Shown here in pieces: positions 10,037 through 19,042 of a stretch of 64,000 bases of DNA; positions within the stretch are counted from its first letter, which is position 1, and every line of letters starts with the position of its first letter. The stretch is from Conexivisphaerales archaeon. Its GTDB lineage: Archaea; Thermoproteota; Nitrososphaeria; Conexivisphaerales; DTJL01. Both the position numbers and the translations under genes were made by a program. The stretch spans positions 1,099 to 65,098 of the forward strand of contig JBEKZX010000003.1 in assembly GCA_049509455.1 (NCBI GenBank), in the 5' to 3' direction. The notes under the pieces were generated by a model. It ran no database searches and was not told the origin of the DNA. It worked only from the letters and a program-made list of their open reading frames with translations.

Positions 10037-10474
10037 TTACGCCCTTCTTCCTCTTCTTCCGCCGGCCTTCCTCGTTGTGTCGTGCGGAATAGGTGTGACG
10101 TCTTCGATGCGGCCGATCCTGAAGCCGGCGCGAGCTATGGCCCTGATGGCGGCCTGGGCCCCCGGGCCGGGCGTACGGGGACCGGTGCCTCCGACCGCCC
10201 TGACTTTGATGTGGACGGCGGTGATTCCCTTGGACTTCGCTAGCGTCGCTACGGCGCTTGCGGATTTCATGGCGGCATATGGACTGGACTCAAGACGGTC
10301 GGCCTTTACGTGCTGGCCGCCGCTGCTAAAACCGATAGTCTCTGCCCCCGAAAGGTCCGTCATATGAACTATGGTGTTGTTGAAGCTGCTGAATATGTGA
10401 ACGAGACCCCATCTGTCTTCCTTTTGTGCTTGAGCCGGTGCCGGTGCCGGTGCCGGCGTTTCTTCTGCAGTCAA
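10037..10474 (-). CDS. rps11: 30S ribosomal protein S11 (uS11)
   Basis: [18 protein letters not shown]...[18 protein letters not shown]...EDVTPIPHD motifs. Confidence 0.95.
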   Translation of the reverse strand: MTAEETPAPAPAPAQAQKEDRWGLVHIFSSFNNTIVHMTDLSGAETIGFSSGGQHVKADRLESSPYAAMKSASAVATLAKSKGITAVHIKVRAVGGTGPRTPGPGAQAAIRAIARAGFRIGRIEDVTPIPHDTTRKAGGRRGRRA

Positions 10475-10476
10475 CT

Positions 10477-10959
10477 CTAGGCTGCGCCCCCACCAGATAT
10501 GAGCATGGCGTCCTCTTCAGCCCTTCCTACGAGGTAGTTGGGCTTGGTGACCAATTTCCCGCTGATCAAGACGTGCCTGTGAGAGACCAGCTGCCTGGCC
10601 TGATGGGGTGACTTTGCCATCCCCTTTCGCCAGACGAGGGTCTGGAGCCTCCTTTCAAGGAGATCCTCCACTTTCAACGAGAGGAGGTCGTCGATCGAAG
10701 CGTTGGGGCTAACGAGACCCAGCCGGACAAGACGCTCGATCAGAAAGATGCTCTGCTTCTGCCTCACCTCAGGGGGTGCCGCAAGGAGCTCCCTCGCCTG
10801 CTTCCTGATGCGAGAAAGCTCCGTCTCTATCTTCCAGAGCTCCTTCTTGTTTCGCAGGCCATATGTGCCCACGAGGAAGAGCTCACGCGAAAGCTCGTCG
10901 GCGCTCCACGGGTTGCGTGGGGTGGTATAGCCCCGGCGCGGCTTCCTTGGATCTCCCAT
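10477..10959 (-). CDS. rps4: 30S ribosomal protein S4 (uS4)
   Basis: The N-terminal [18 protein letters not shown] is typical of archaeal S4. Confidence 0.95.
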   Translation of the reverse strand: MGDPRKPRRGYTTPRNPWSADELSRELFLVGTYGLRNKKELWKIETELSRIRKQARELLAAPPEVRQKQSIFLIERLVRLGLVSPNASIDDLLSLKVEDLLERRLQTLVWRKGMAKSPHQARQLVSHRHVLISGKLVTKPNYLVGRAEEDAMLISGGGAA

Positions 10960-10965
10960 CTACTT

Positions 10966-11457
10966 CTACTCCTTCTTCTGCGCCTGGGCGGCAGCATGCG
11001 CGGCCGCCTGGACGGCTGCCTTGCGCACTCCTACGGTGGCACCCTTCCTGCCTGTCGTCCGCGTCCTCTGGCCTCTGACCTTTAGACCCAGCGAATGGCG
11101 GACGCCCTTCCAGCTTCCTGCGACCTTCCCGCGGTCGATGTCGCCCTTTACCGAGAAGTTCAGGTCGCTTTCAAGGAGGTGATGGTCCTCTCCCGTCTCC
11201 ACGTCCTTGCGCCTGTTGAACATCCACACGGGGACTCCGGCCGTGCGCGGGTCGCGGACGGCCTTCTCAAGTTCGGCGATCTGCGTGTCCGACAGCTGGC
11301 CGAGACGAGCCTTGGACTCGATCTTCAGCTGGTTGGCGATGGCGTTGGCGAGGTCGAAGTTGACCCCTTTGATCTCCTTCAGGGCCACGGCAACTCTCTT
11401 GTAACCGTTAAGGTCCCTGCCGGCCAAACGAACGATGGGCCGGAACTCTCCTGGCAA
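10966..11457 (-). CDS. rps13: 30S ribosomal protein S13 (uS13)
   Basis: IVRLAGRDLNG...GLKVRGQRTRTTGRKG motifs. It is the first gene of the cluster. Confidence 0.95.
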   Translation of the reverse strand: MPGEFRPIVRLAGRDLNGYKRVAVALKEIKGVNFDLANAIANQLKIESKARLGQLSDTQIAELEKAVRDPRTAGVPVWMFNRRKDVETGEDHHLLESDLNFSVKGDIDRGKVAGSWKGVRHSLGLKVRGQRTRTTGRKGATVGVRKAAVQAAAHAAAQAQKKE

Positions 11458-11500
11458 ATTGCTCTAACTCCGGTATTGCGTTAAGCCACTCAAATTGATA

Positions 11501-11516
11501 CCTTATATAGCTTTTT
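11501..11516 (-). promoter_or_regulatory. Putative BRE/TATA promoter of the S13 cluster
   Basis: The minus strand reads AAAAAGCTATATAAGG about 45-50 nt upstream of the S13 ATG. Confidence 0.35.
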
Positions 11517-11681
11517 CCTGGTTGGCTGGCCAAAGCCCCGGGCGAAGCGTCGGTAGTCAATAACAGGCTGGCGTCGGAGCCATCATTCGGACGACCCATG
11601 GGATGAAGCAGCCGGATGCCCCGCCGACGGTCATTTCCTCCTGCGACGCGCAGATTCATGAAATCCTGTGACGTCGACGAT

Positions 11682-12623
11682 TCAATCGTATCGTGCCAGG
11701 ACTTCCACTCTGTCTATCTTTCCGTCGCCGTCCTGGTCGTATCCCTTCACGACGCAGGCGTAGTCCTCCTGCTGGGAGTAGCCGCCTAGGACCTCCGCCG
11801 ACTGGCGCGTGAGGGCGATGACTGCGGATTTCGTGCCTTCGTGCCTTATGCCGGCCAGGACTACTACGCCGCGGCCGCTATGGAAGGGGGAAGGGAGCTT
11901 GGCCACGACGGCATCCGTCTCGCCGTTGAACCGCCTGCCTGCGTCGTCAATCAGGCCGGCCCAGTAGTTGGATTCGTCGAAACGTACCGGCAGGAGCCTG
12001 TTGAGCTCAGCGGTAAGGACATTCGTCGCCGGTCCCCCGAACAGGACCAAGTTGGCGTCATACGCCTTCTCGACCTTCACATCTGTGTCGAGCCTCACCA
12101 AGAAGTCACCTGAGATGGAGGATATCCCTCCGAGAGCGAAGCCAAGCTCGGCCGAGTAGTGGCCATCCTTGGCCGCGGCTCTAAAGGGGCCGTGTGGCTC
12201 GGGCGAGCCTACGACCAAGAAGCCGTTGAAAATGTGGTCGGCGAGGAACTCGCGGAAAAAAGAAGCCAGTGAGGAGGGCCTAGTGCTGCTCCTGGCCCAA
12301 GTGCTGGAGCTGCGATAGAGTATGGCCAATCCGTCGGAGGACACCGATAGCTTCTTTGCGACAGCGCCCCGAACAGGGCTGCTCTTGACGACTTGAAGTA
12401 ACCCGGCGCTTATCAGGCGGCGCACATGGTAGTATACCGTCTGCTCGCTCAGGCCAAGCGCCCTGGCCATCTCTCTGGCGTAGAGCTGTCTCTCGGTGCT
12501 GAGCTTGATAATCTTCATGGAGATGGGGGAGGAAAGTGAGGAGATCGCCCGCGCATCGTTGAACAGCTTCACCTTTGATGAGTATGTCTGCCCGTCCTTC
12601 TCGTAAATCAGCTCGCCGTCCAA
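11682..12623 (-). CDS. Winged-helix (ArsR/TrmB-like) HTH protein with uncharacterised ~200-aa C-terminal domain
   Basis: N-terminal region AREMARALGLSEQTVYYHVRRLISAGLL is a classic wHTH recognition helix. The C-terminal domain is not recognised. Confidence 0.6.
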   Translation of the reverse strand: MDGELIYEKDGQTYSSKVKLFNDARAISSLSSPISMKIIKLSTERQLYAREMARALGLSEQTVYYHVRRLISAGLLQVVKSSPVRGAVAKKLSVSSDGLAILYRSSSTWARSSTRPSSLASFFREFLADHIFNGFLVVGSPEPHGPFRAAAKDGHYSAELGFALGGISSISGDFLVRLDTDVKVEKAYDANLVLFGGPATNVLTAELNRLLPVRFDESNYWAGLIDDAGRRFNGETDAVVAKLPSPFHSGRGVVVLAGIRHEGTKSAVIALTRQSAEVLGGYSQQEDYACVVKGYDQDGDGKIDRVEVLARYD

Positions 12624-12748
12624 AATAGCATCACTAGAATCAATAATATTATGAGGCAGCTAATAATCGTTTCTGGATTACGCAGGCTTGCCGACCACAG
12701 AATTCTATGACTGAGTCAATACTATTGTTTTAACGTACATATATGGTG

Positions 12749-12758
12749 TTTTTATAAT
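12749..12758 (+). promoter_or_regulatory. Putative TATA box for glmS
   Basis: TTTTTATAAT lies in an AT-rich divergent spacer about 35 nt upstream of the ATG at 12789. Confidence 0.35.
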
Positions 12759-12788
12759 CGGCTTAAGGCGGATGTTGCAGATTAGACA

Positions 12789-14549
12789 ATGTGCGGAATC
12801 ATAGGCTTCGTCGGATGCGAGGAAGCCTCACCAATACTGCTTGAAGGGTTGAAGAGGCTTGAATACAGGGGTTACGATTCGGCTGGGATCGCAACGGTCG
12901 ACGGTGGCTCTCTGAGGGTCGTGAAGGCCGTGGGGGCCGTGGACAAGCTGGCCGCGGCCATGGTCGACGTAAGGCTGGGCGGCTTCGTAGGACTGGCCCA
13001 CACCAGGTGGGCGACGCATGGCGGCGTGACCCAAGCGAACGCTCACCCGCATCTCAGCTGCGACGGCAGCGTGGCGGTCATCCACAACGGCATCATCGAA
13101 AACTTTGCCGAGCTGAAGGCTGAGCTAGAGGGTAGGGGACACGTATTCAAGAGTCAAACGGACACGGAGGTCGCAGCGCACCTCCTTGAAGAATACCTCA
13201 AGGACGAGATGGACCTATCCACTGCCGGAGTGGAACTGTCCGCCGCGCTCAAGGGACAGTTCGCCATCGTGGCTGTTTCCACGAAGTTTCCATACTCGCT
13301 TCTTGCCATAAGGAGGAAGGCCCCGCTAATGATAGGGATCGGTAGGGGGGAGAACATCGTGGCCAGTGACGCCTTGGCCTTCATCGACAGGACGAATAGG
13401 GCAATCTTCATGGACGACGACACCATCGCCGTCGTGGGTAATGGCCCCGAAATCAAGCTGTTCAGCGCCGTAGGGCAGCCCATCAAGCCGATGGTGGTCG
13501 AAGTCGCCCAGGAACTTTCGATGCCCAACAAGGAGAACTACGAGCACTTCACGATAAAGGAGATTCATGAGCAGCCGGAGACCGTTATGCGTGTCCTCGA
13601 CCAAGACGCAGGAACGCTGACCTTCTTCCGCAGGGAGCTGCAGAACGCTAAGAGGGTCTTTTTGATCGCCTCGGGGAGCAGCTTCCACGCGGGGATGCTG
13701 GGGAGGCTCTTCCTCGCGGAGAACATGGGGGTCTACAGCGACGTCGTCGTCGCCAGCGAGTACAAGTCAGTCGAGGGATGGTTCCGGGAAGGAACCGTGG
13801 TCATAGCCATCTCCCAGAGCGGCGAAACGGCCGACGTCCTCACCGCGGCCGGATCCGCAAGGGCGCGAGGGGCCACGGTCATCTCGTTGGTGAACCGCTC
13901 TCCCTCCACCCTCGAGCGTTATAGCGACGTGACGTTGAAGCTCAACGCGGGGACGGAGGTGGGGGTGGCGGCCACCAAGAGCCTGACGGCGCAGGTGGCA
14001 TTGCTCTATATGGTTAGCAGGAGGGAGGCCGAAGAAAAGGACGTCGCGGAGCTTTGCAGTGCGATGAAAACGGCCCTGAAGACGGAGCCCTTGGTGGTGA
14101 AGGTGGCCGAAGCCATCAAGGACAGCCGCGACGTCTATTTCCTTGGCAGGGGGCTGGGCTACCCCGTCGCCCTGGAGGGGGCGTTGAAGCTGAAGGAGCT
14201 GGCCTACATCCATGCTGAAGGGCTGGCGGCGGGAGAGCTGAAGCACGGACCTCTTGCCCTGGTAGAGAAGGGAACGCCACTCGTGCTCGTGAACCCGAAG
14301 GATGAAACGCACGACGAGACTCTCTCAAACGGGGCCGAAGTCAAGGCGAGGGGAGGGACCATAGTGGGCGTCTCGACGGAGAGCCACAGGCTCTACGACT
14401 GGTTCATCAAGGTGCCGGAGGTGTCGCGCCAGCTTCTTCCGATAGTGGAGATGGTCCCCTTGCAGTTGCTCGCGTATCATACCGCCCGACTCCGGAACGT
14501 CAACGTCGATATGCCCAGGAACCTCGCGAAGTCGGTCACAGTGAAGTAA
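12789..14549 (+). CDS. glmS: Glutamine--fructose-6-phosphate aminotransferase (isomerising)
   Basis: N-terminal MCGIIG (Cys-2 nucleophile), two SIS-like halves, and the C-terminal ...PRNLAKSVTVK. Confidence 0.95.
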   Translation: MCGIIGFVGCEEASPILLEGLKRLEYRGYDSAGIATVDGGSLRVVKAVGAVDKLAAAMVDVRLGGFVGLAHTRWATHGGVTQANAHPHLSCDGSVAVIHNGIIENFAELKAELEGRGHVFKSQTDTEVAAHLLEEYLKDEMDLSTAGVELSAALKGQFAIVAVSTKFPYSLLAIRRKAPLMIGIGRGENIVASDALAFIDRTNRAIFMDDDTIAVVGNGPEIKLFSAVGQPIKPMVVEVAQELSMPNKENYEHFTIKEIHEQPETVMRVLDQDAGTLTFFRRELQNAKRVFLIASGSSFHAGMLGRLFLAENMGVYSDVVVASEYKSVEGWFREGTVVIAISQSGETADVLTAAGSARARGATVISLVNRSPSTLERYSDVTLKLNAGTEVGVAATKSLTAQVALLYMVSRREAEEKDVAELCSAMKTALKTEPLVVKVAEAIKDSRDVYFLGRGLGYPVALEGALKLKELAYIHAEGLAAGELKHGPLALVEKGTPLVLVNPKDETHDETLSNGAEVKARGGTIVGVSTESHRLYDWFIKVPEVSRQLLPIVEMVPLQLLAYHTARLRNVNVDMPRNLAKSVTVK

Positions 14550-14595
14550 GAGGCAGGCGCATCTTCTTCTACCGTAAGGACGGCCCTGACACGTC

Positions 14596-14859
14596 ATGAG
14601 GGCAAGTTCGAAGGACGAGGGTTCGACAAAGCCACGGAGGACCGTCGATGCGAGAGGGGCATGCTGCCCTCTCTCTCCCATGGAGCTCACCAAAGCCGTC
14701 AGTCAGCAAGAGATGGGAGGTGAAGAGGCGATTCTGTCGTCGGACCCAAACAGCGACAGGGACATCTCCAACTGGGTGGCGAAACAGGGCCATCGATTGG
14801 CGGCCAAGATCCCCCACGATGGCTTCTTGGAGCTCATCGTCCGGAAGATGGAAGAATAA
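14596..14859 (+). CDS. TusA/SirA-like sulfur carrier protein
   Basis: DARGACCPLSPMEL matches the TusA D-x-R-G-x-x-CP-x-P active-site region. Its ~87-aa size fits the family. Confidence 0.7.
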   Translation: MRASSKDEGSTKPRRTVDARGACCPLSPMELTKAVSQQEMGGEEAILSSDPNSDRDISNWVAKQGHRLAAKIPHDGFLELIVRKMEE

Positions 14860-14947
14860 ATGGAAGAAGAGTAAGGCGAGCAGCTTTCCTTATATGCTGA
14901 CCTCCATTGCAAGGTCGGAAGTGGCGATCGTCATCCCGACCAGAAGA

Positions 14948-15784
14948 CTACCCCTTGACGAGCGACGGGTAGAAGTACTTCTTCTTCCTACTTGCCTTGG
15001 CTGCGTCCCACGAAGATAGGATGGGCACGGCACCGTTGGCGACTTCGATGGCATCGGCAATGCCTGCCCCCGGGACGAATTCGTTCAGCTCCCTGTTGGC
15101 GAGGACCGCGCAGACGGCACCGGCACGAACCCCATAGAGGCTGGCCAACGTGAAGATGGTGGAGGATTCCATTTCAAAGTTCACGATTCCGGCTGCCTTC
15201 ACATCTTCAACGATATGTGAGGAAGCATGCGTAGTGTAGCCGTTGAAGCCCGGTCGCCCTTGGCCAAGGTAGAAGGAGTCCGTGCTGGCCGTGATCCCCA
15301 CATGATACCTCTTGCCGAGGGCCTCGGCCGATTCTATCAGCGCCTGCATGACTTCGTAGTTGGCTATGGCAGGGTAGCCAGGCCAAACGTACTGCCCGCT
15401 GGTTCCGTCCAGCCTCACGGAGCCTGAGCTGATGACGACGTCGCCGACCCTTACATCGCTGCGCAAGGCCCCCGTGGAACCTACACGTATGAGGGTGTCG
15501 GCCCCCACCCTCAACAGCTCCTCGACCGCTATGGCGGCGGAAGGCCCTCCGATGCCTGTGGAAGTGCATGAGACGGAGACCCCTTTGATGTCACCCGTAT
15601 AGGTCACGTACTCCCTGTGGCGAGCGACCTCTCGGAACCTGCTCCAGCGAGCGGAGATGAGGGGGACTCGTTGGGGGTCCCCCGGGAGTAGGACGTAGCG
15701 GGCCACGTCGCCCGGCTTGCACTGGATGTGATACTGGATTCCGCCAGAATCTTCAAGCCTGTCTGCCGGAACCGTCTTAGGCAA
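14948..15784 (-). CDS. udp: Uridine phosphorylase
   Basis: LLPGDPQRV, HREY.T..G, CTSTGIGGPSAAIAVEEL and SVRLDG closely parallel E. coli Udp motifs. Confidence 0.88.
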   Translation of the reverse strand: MPKTVPADRLEDSGGIQYHIQCKPGDVARYVLLPGDPQRVPLISARWSRFREVARHREYVTYTGDIKGVSVSCTSTGIGGPSAAIAVEELLRVGADTLIRVGSTGALRSDVRVGDVVISSGSVRLDGTSGQYVWPGYPAIANYEVMQALIESAEALGKRYHVGITASTDSFYLGQGRPGFNGYTTHASSHIVEDVKAAGIVNFEMESSTIFTLASLYGVRAGAVCAVLANRELNEFVPGAGIADAIEVANGAVPILSSWDAAKASRKKKYFYPSLVKG

Positions 15785-15895
15785 TGGCGAGATACCCTTG
15801 AGAGAGGGCTTCGTGTCAAACTTAAAAGCTTCTCTAGTTCTACGATTGACACAATAGTCTTTAATATCGGACGGAGGGATTCCTGATCAAGCGAC

Positions 15896-16243
15896 ATGGT
15901 AGTTCCGGTTCCACTCTCGATCCTGGACGACCTGACCCACTTGATGTCCGGAAACATAGGAAGCCTGCCTTCTCTCCTGGTGATGGCCATCCCGCTGATA
16001 ATCGGACTCGTGTTGGGCTACATAGTCAAGAGGATGCTAAAGATTGGATTGATACTCGTGGCGGTGGCCCTCGTCGCATCCTACTTCGGTTTCATCAGCC
16101 TGAGCAGTATGACGAGCCAAGTCCAGACGCTCGTGACGAAGTATGGACCGGTGGCGCAGTCCTATGCTTCGCTGTTCTTCGGCATCATCCCGCTGAGCAT
16201 AGGCCTCGTCATTGGGTTCCTGTTGGGCTTCATCTTCACCTAG
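15896..16243 (+). CDS. Small hypothetical integral membrane protein (about 3 TM)
   Basis: Three long hydrophobic segments and no recognisable family. Confidence 0.45.
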   Translation: MVVPVPLSILDDLTHLMSGNIGSLPSLLVMAIPLIIGLVLGYIVKRMLKIGLILVAVALVASYFGFISLSSMTSQVQTLVTKYGPVAQSYASLFFGIIPLSIGLVIGFLLGFIFT

Positions 16244-16384
16244 GCGAGTCATTCGCTCCGGACGTTTATTTGTGACCCATTTCTGCGTAGCTGGCTGCGC
16301 CAGCCACATCTCGAAGAAGACGAGCTTCCACCGACGCGTCTGGTCTATGAAGAATGGCCATGGTAATAGGTGTAAGTAAGTAAG

Positions 16385-16400
16385 CCTTATTATCATATTA
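16385..16400 (+). promoter_or_regulatory. Putative TATA promoter of the DsrE2-TusA-SQR-ArsR string
   Basis: CCTTATTATCATATTA lies about 37 nt upstream of the ATG at 16429. It is too close to the listed ATG at 16405 to serve it. Confidence 0.35.
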
Positions 16401-16428
16401 GAAGATGCTAATATGTACGAGAAGAGAA

Positions 16429-16929
16429 ATGACTCAAATCTCAGCCGACAAGACGGAAGACAAGACACAGCAGGAGTCGAGGCTGCTCATCATCTTGTCG
16501 AAAGGTACGCTAGATATGGTGTATCCGGCCTTCATGATTGCCACGACGGGCGCGACCATGGGCAAGGAGGTTCACATGTTCTTCACTTTCTGGGGGATGA
16601 ACGCGATCAACAAGAAGACGGTCGGCTCGCTGAAGGTGGCATCCGTGGGCAACCCGGGCTTGCCGATGCCCAACATCCTGGGGATGATTCCGGGGATGAC
16701 AGCCATGGCGACGGGCATGATGAAAGGAAAGATTGAGAAAGCAAAGATGCCCCCAATCCCTGAAATGATCAAGATGGCCAAGGACCTGGGCATCAAGCTG
16801 CACGCCTGCTCAACCACGCTTGGAGTGATGAGCATCAGCAAGGACATGCTCATCCCTGAAGTCGACGACATCGTCGGGGCCGCGACGATGCTGGAGCTGG
16901 GCGAAGGCGGACAGATAATCTTCATCTAG
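16429..16929 (+). CDS. DsrE2/DrsE_2-family sulfur-transfer protein
   Basis: LLIILSKGTLDMVYPAFMIATTGATMGKEVHMFFTFWG is the hallmark N-terminal region of the DsrE/DsrF-like (DrsE_2) family. There is a candidate active Cys in LHACSTT. Confidence 0.72.
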   Translation: MTQISADKTEDKTQQESRLLIILSKGTLDMVYPAFMIATTGATMGKEVHMFFTFWGMNAINKKTVGSLKVASVGNPGLPMPNILGMIPGMTAMATGMMKGKIEKAKMPPIPEMIKMAKDLGIKLHACSTTLGVMSISKDMLIPEVDDIVGAATMLELGEGGQIIFI

Positions 16930-16938
16930 GCGATTAGG

Positions 16939-17187
16939 ATGTCGAGCACAGGGCAAAGGAAGGTCCTCGATTCACGAGGCAGCTTCTGCCCAGGACCGAT
17001 AACTGACCTATTCAAGGCCTATAGGAACTCGCAGCTGGGGGACGTCATAGAGCTCCTAGCCACTGACCCGGCAGCTAAGAGTGACGTCTCGGCTTGGGCG
17101 AGGAAGAGCGGGAACGAAGTCGTGGAGATCGTGGACGAGAAGGACTACATCCGCCTGGTCGTGAAGATCACAAAGAAAGGAAAGTAA
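16939..17187 (+). CDS. TusA-like sulfur carrier protein
   Basis: DSRGSFCPGPITDL matches the TusA CP-x-P motif. It is 82 aa and starts 9 nt after DsrE2. Confidence 0.78.
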   Translation: MSSTGQRKVLDSRGSFCPGPITDLFKAYRNSQLGDVIELLATDPAAKSDVSAWARKSGNEVVEIVDEKDYIRLVVKITKKGK

Positions 17188-17196
17188 GGCTCACTC

Positions 17197-18441
17197 ATGC
17201 AGCGAGTAGTCATCGTCGGCTCCGGGACCAGCGGGACCCTGACGGCCAACCTCCTGGCCTCGGCTCTCAGGGGTAGGATTCGCGACGGAAGCGCGTCTGT
17301 GGAGCTAATGGGCGCTGGCCTTCGGCATCCGTTCCAGCCTGCCAACCTAGACATAGCCTTCAAAGGGGCCTCTCCGGAAGGCTTCGACAGGCCGGAGGAA
17401 GACCTCCTCGTCAATGGTGTGACGTTCATTCACGACCCGGCATCGAGGATTAACTTGGAGAAGAAGAGCGTGACGACCAAGGGAGGCAGGAAGCTCGGCT
17501 ATGACTATATCGTAATGGCGACGGGGGCCGTCGCCGACCCTGACATGCTGCCAGGATTGAAGGACGGTTCTCTGAACTTCCACACCGGCCCCGAGGATTC
17601 CAGGCGAATATGGGACACGCTGCAGGCCTTCAAAGGTGGGAAAGTGGTCGTGGCCATAGCAGGGACTCCGCACAAGTGCCCTCCGTCGCCCAACGAAGCG
17701 GCGTTCATGCTGGACGAGTTCTTCCGAAAGAAGGGGATTCGCGACAGGACGGAGATCAAGTTCCTCACGCCGTATCCGAGGGCCTACCCGGCCGAGAAGC
17801 TCTCCAAAGTGGTGGCCCCTTTGTTCGAGAAGAAGGGTATCGAGGTGATACCGTTCTTCAACGTAGACTCACTGGACCCCTCTCAACGCAAGATCTACTC
17901 CCTAGAAGGCGAGTCCTTCGACTACGACTTACTCATCGCCGTGCCGCCCCATACGGGGGCGGACGTCATCGTCGACAGCGGCATAGGTGACGGCGACGGC
18001 TGGATACCTACCGAAAGGGACACGATGACGGTCAAGGGGCATGCCGGCGCCTACGCCTACGCCATAGGGGACGCCACCGACATACCGGTGTCCAAGTCAG
18101 GCGTGGTGGCGCACCTGCAGTCCATCGTGGTTGCCAAGAACATAATCTATGCAGTGAACGGATCGTCGGACCTGATCGGGTACAACGGGAGGATTAACTG
18201 CCCGATGGAGGTGGGCCACCGTCGGGCCATCTTCGTCTCCGCGACCTACACGTCGCCTCCCGAGGACCAGTCACCTTCGATGATCAAATATGTCATGAAG
18301 AAGTCCTTTGGGAAGCTGTACTGGCGCGCGCTCAACGGCAGCCTTGAGCCTCTATTCGACATCTTCTTTGGCCAGACCAGGTTCCCCATCGAACCAAGGA
18401 AACAGCCAAATGTGGCAATGGCCTTGGAGAAGGCGTCGTGA
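17197..18441 (+). CDS. FAD-dependent pyridine nucleotide-disulfide oxidoreductase, sulfide:quinone oxidoreductase-like
   Basis: N-terminal VVIVGSGTSGT Rossmann motif. Candidate redox Cys in GTPHKCPPSPNE and RINCPMEVG sit at SQR-like positions. Confidence 0.7.
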   Translation: MQRVVIVGSGTSGTLTANLLASALRGRIRDGSASVELMGAGLRHPFQPANLDIAFKGASPEGFDRPEEDLLVNGVTFIHDPASRINLEKKSVTTKGGRKLGYDYIVMATGAVADPDMLPGLKDGSLNFHTGPEDSRRIWDTLQAFKGGKVVVAIAGTPHKCPPSPNEAAFMLDEFFRKKGIRDRTEIKFLTPYPRAYPAEKLSKVVAPLFEKKGIEVIPFFNVDSLDPSQRKIYSLEGESFDYDLLIAVPPHTGADVIVDSGIGDGDGWIPTERDTMTVKGHAGAYAYAIGDATDIPVSKSGVVAHLQSIVVAKNIIYAVNGSSDLIGYNGRINCPMEVGHRRAIFVSATYTSPPEDQSPSMIKYVMKKSFGKLYWRALNGSLEPLFDIFFGQTRFPIEPRKQPNVAMALEKAS

Positions 18442-18821
18442 GAAGGGTGGGAACGATGGTGAAGGATAGTATGAAGAACGCGGAGGAGGAGCTCTACAGG
18501 CTTCAGGCTGAGTTCTGCAAGGGGATGGCACACCCGAAAAGGATACTGATCCTCAACACACTGAAAGAGGGTGAGAAGACCGTGAACGAGCTGGCCGAGA
18601 TGACGGGTATCCCTCAGGCTAATCTGTCACAGCACTTGAGTCTCCTCCGACAGCTGGGCCTGCTGGAGACGCGTAGGAACGGGGTGAATATCTACTACAG
18701 CATTGCCGACAAAAGGATCGTTGAGGCCTGCGCGCTCGTCCGGGAGGCCATAGGCGAGAGGCTGCGTAAGGACAGGCGGATGCTTGAAGCCTCTAGCTTG
18801 GGCATACAACGGCCGGAGTGA
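18438..18821 (+). CDS. ArsR/SmtB-family transcriptional regulator (two-Cys type)
   Basis: HPKRILILNTL...TVNELAEMTGIPQANLSQHLSLLRQLGLL is canonical ArsR wHTH. The GTG start overlaps the SQR-like stop by 4 nt; an alternative ATG is at 18456. Confidence 0.85.
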   Translation: MRRVGTMVKDSMKNAEEELYRLQAEFCKGMAHPKRILILNTLKEGEKTVNELAEMTGIPQANLSQHLSLLRQLGLLETRRNGVNIYYSIADKRIVEACALVREAIGERLRKDRRMLEASSLGIQRPE

Positions 18822-19042
18822 GGGAGCTCCCTACTCTGCTAAATGTTCCTGATAGTGCTCTGCAGGCATCAGCGAACCGAAGGTCCACTTCACCGCTTCG
18901 CTCAACGACGGGTGTATATGCATCGCATCGTTTATCAGGAAAAAAGCCGCCGAAGGGCCTGCCGAGGGATAGCTTCACATGAACAGTCGCCAGAGCAGGC
19001 AGGAGGACGCGGAACGAGACCTGCAGGTGGTCGTCGAGAAAG

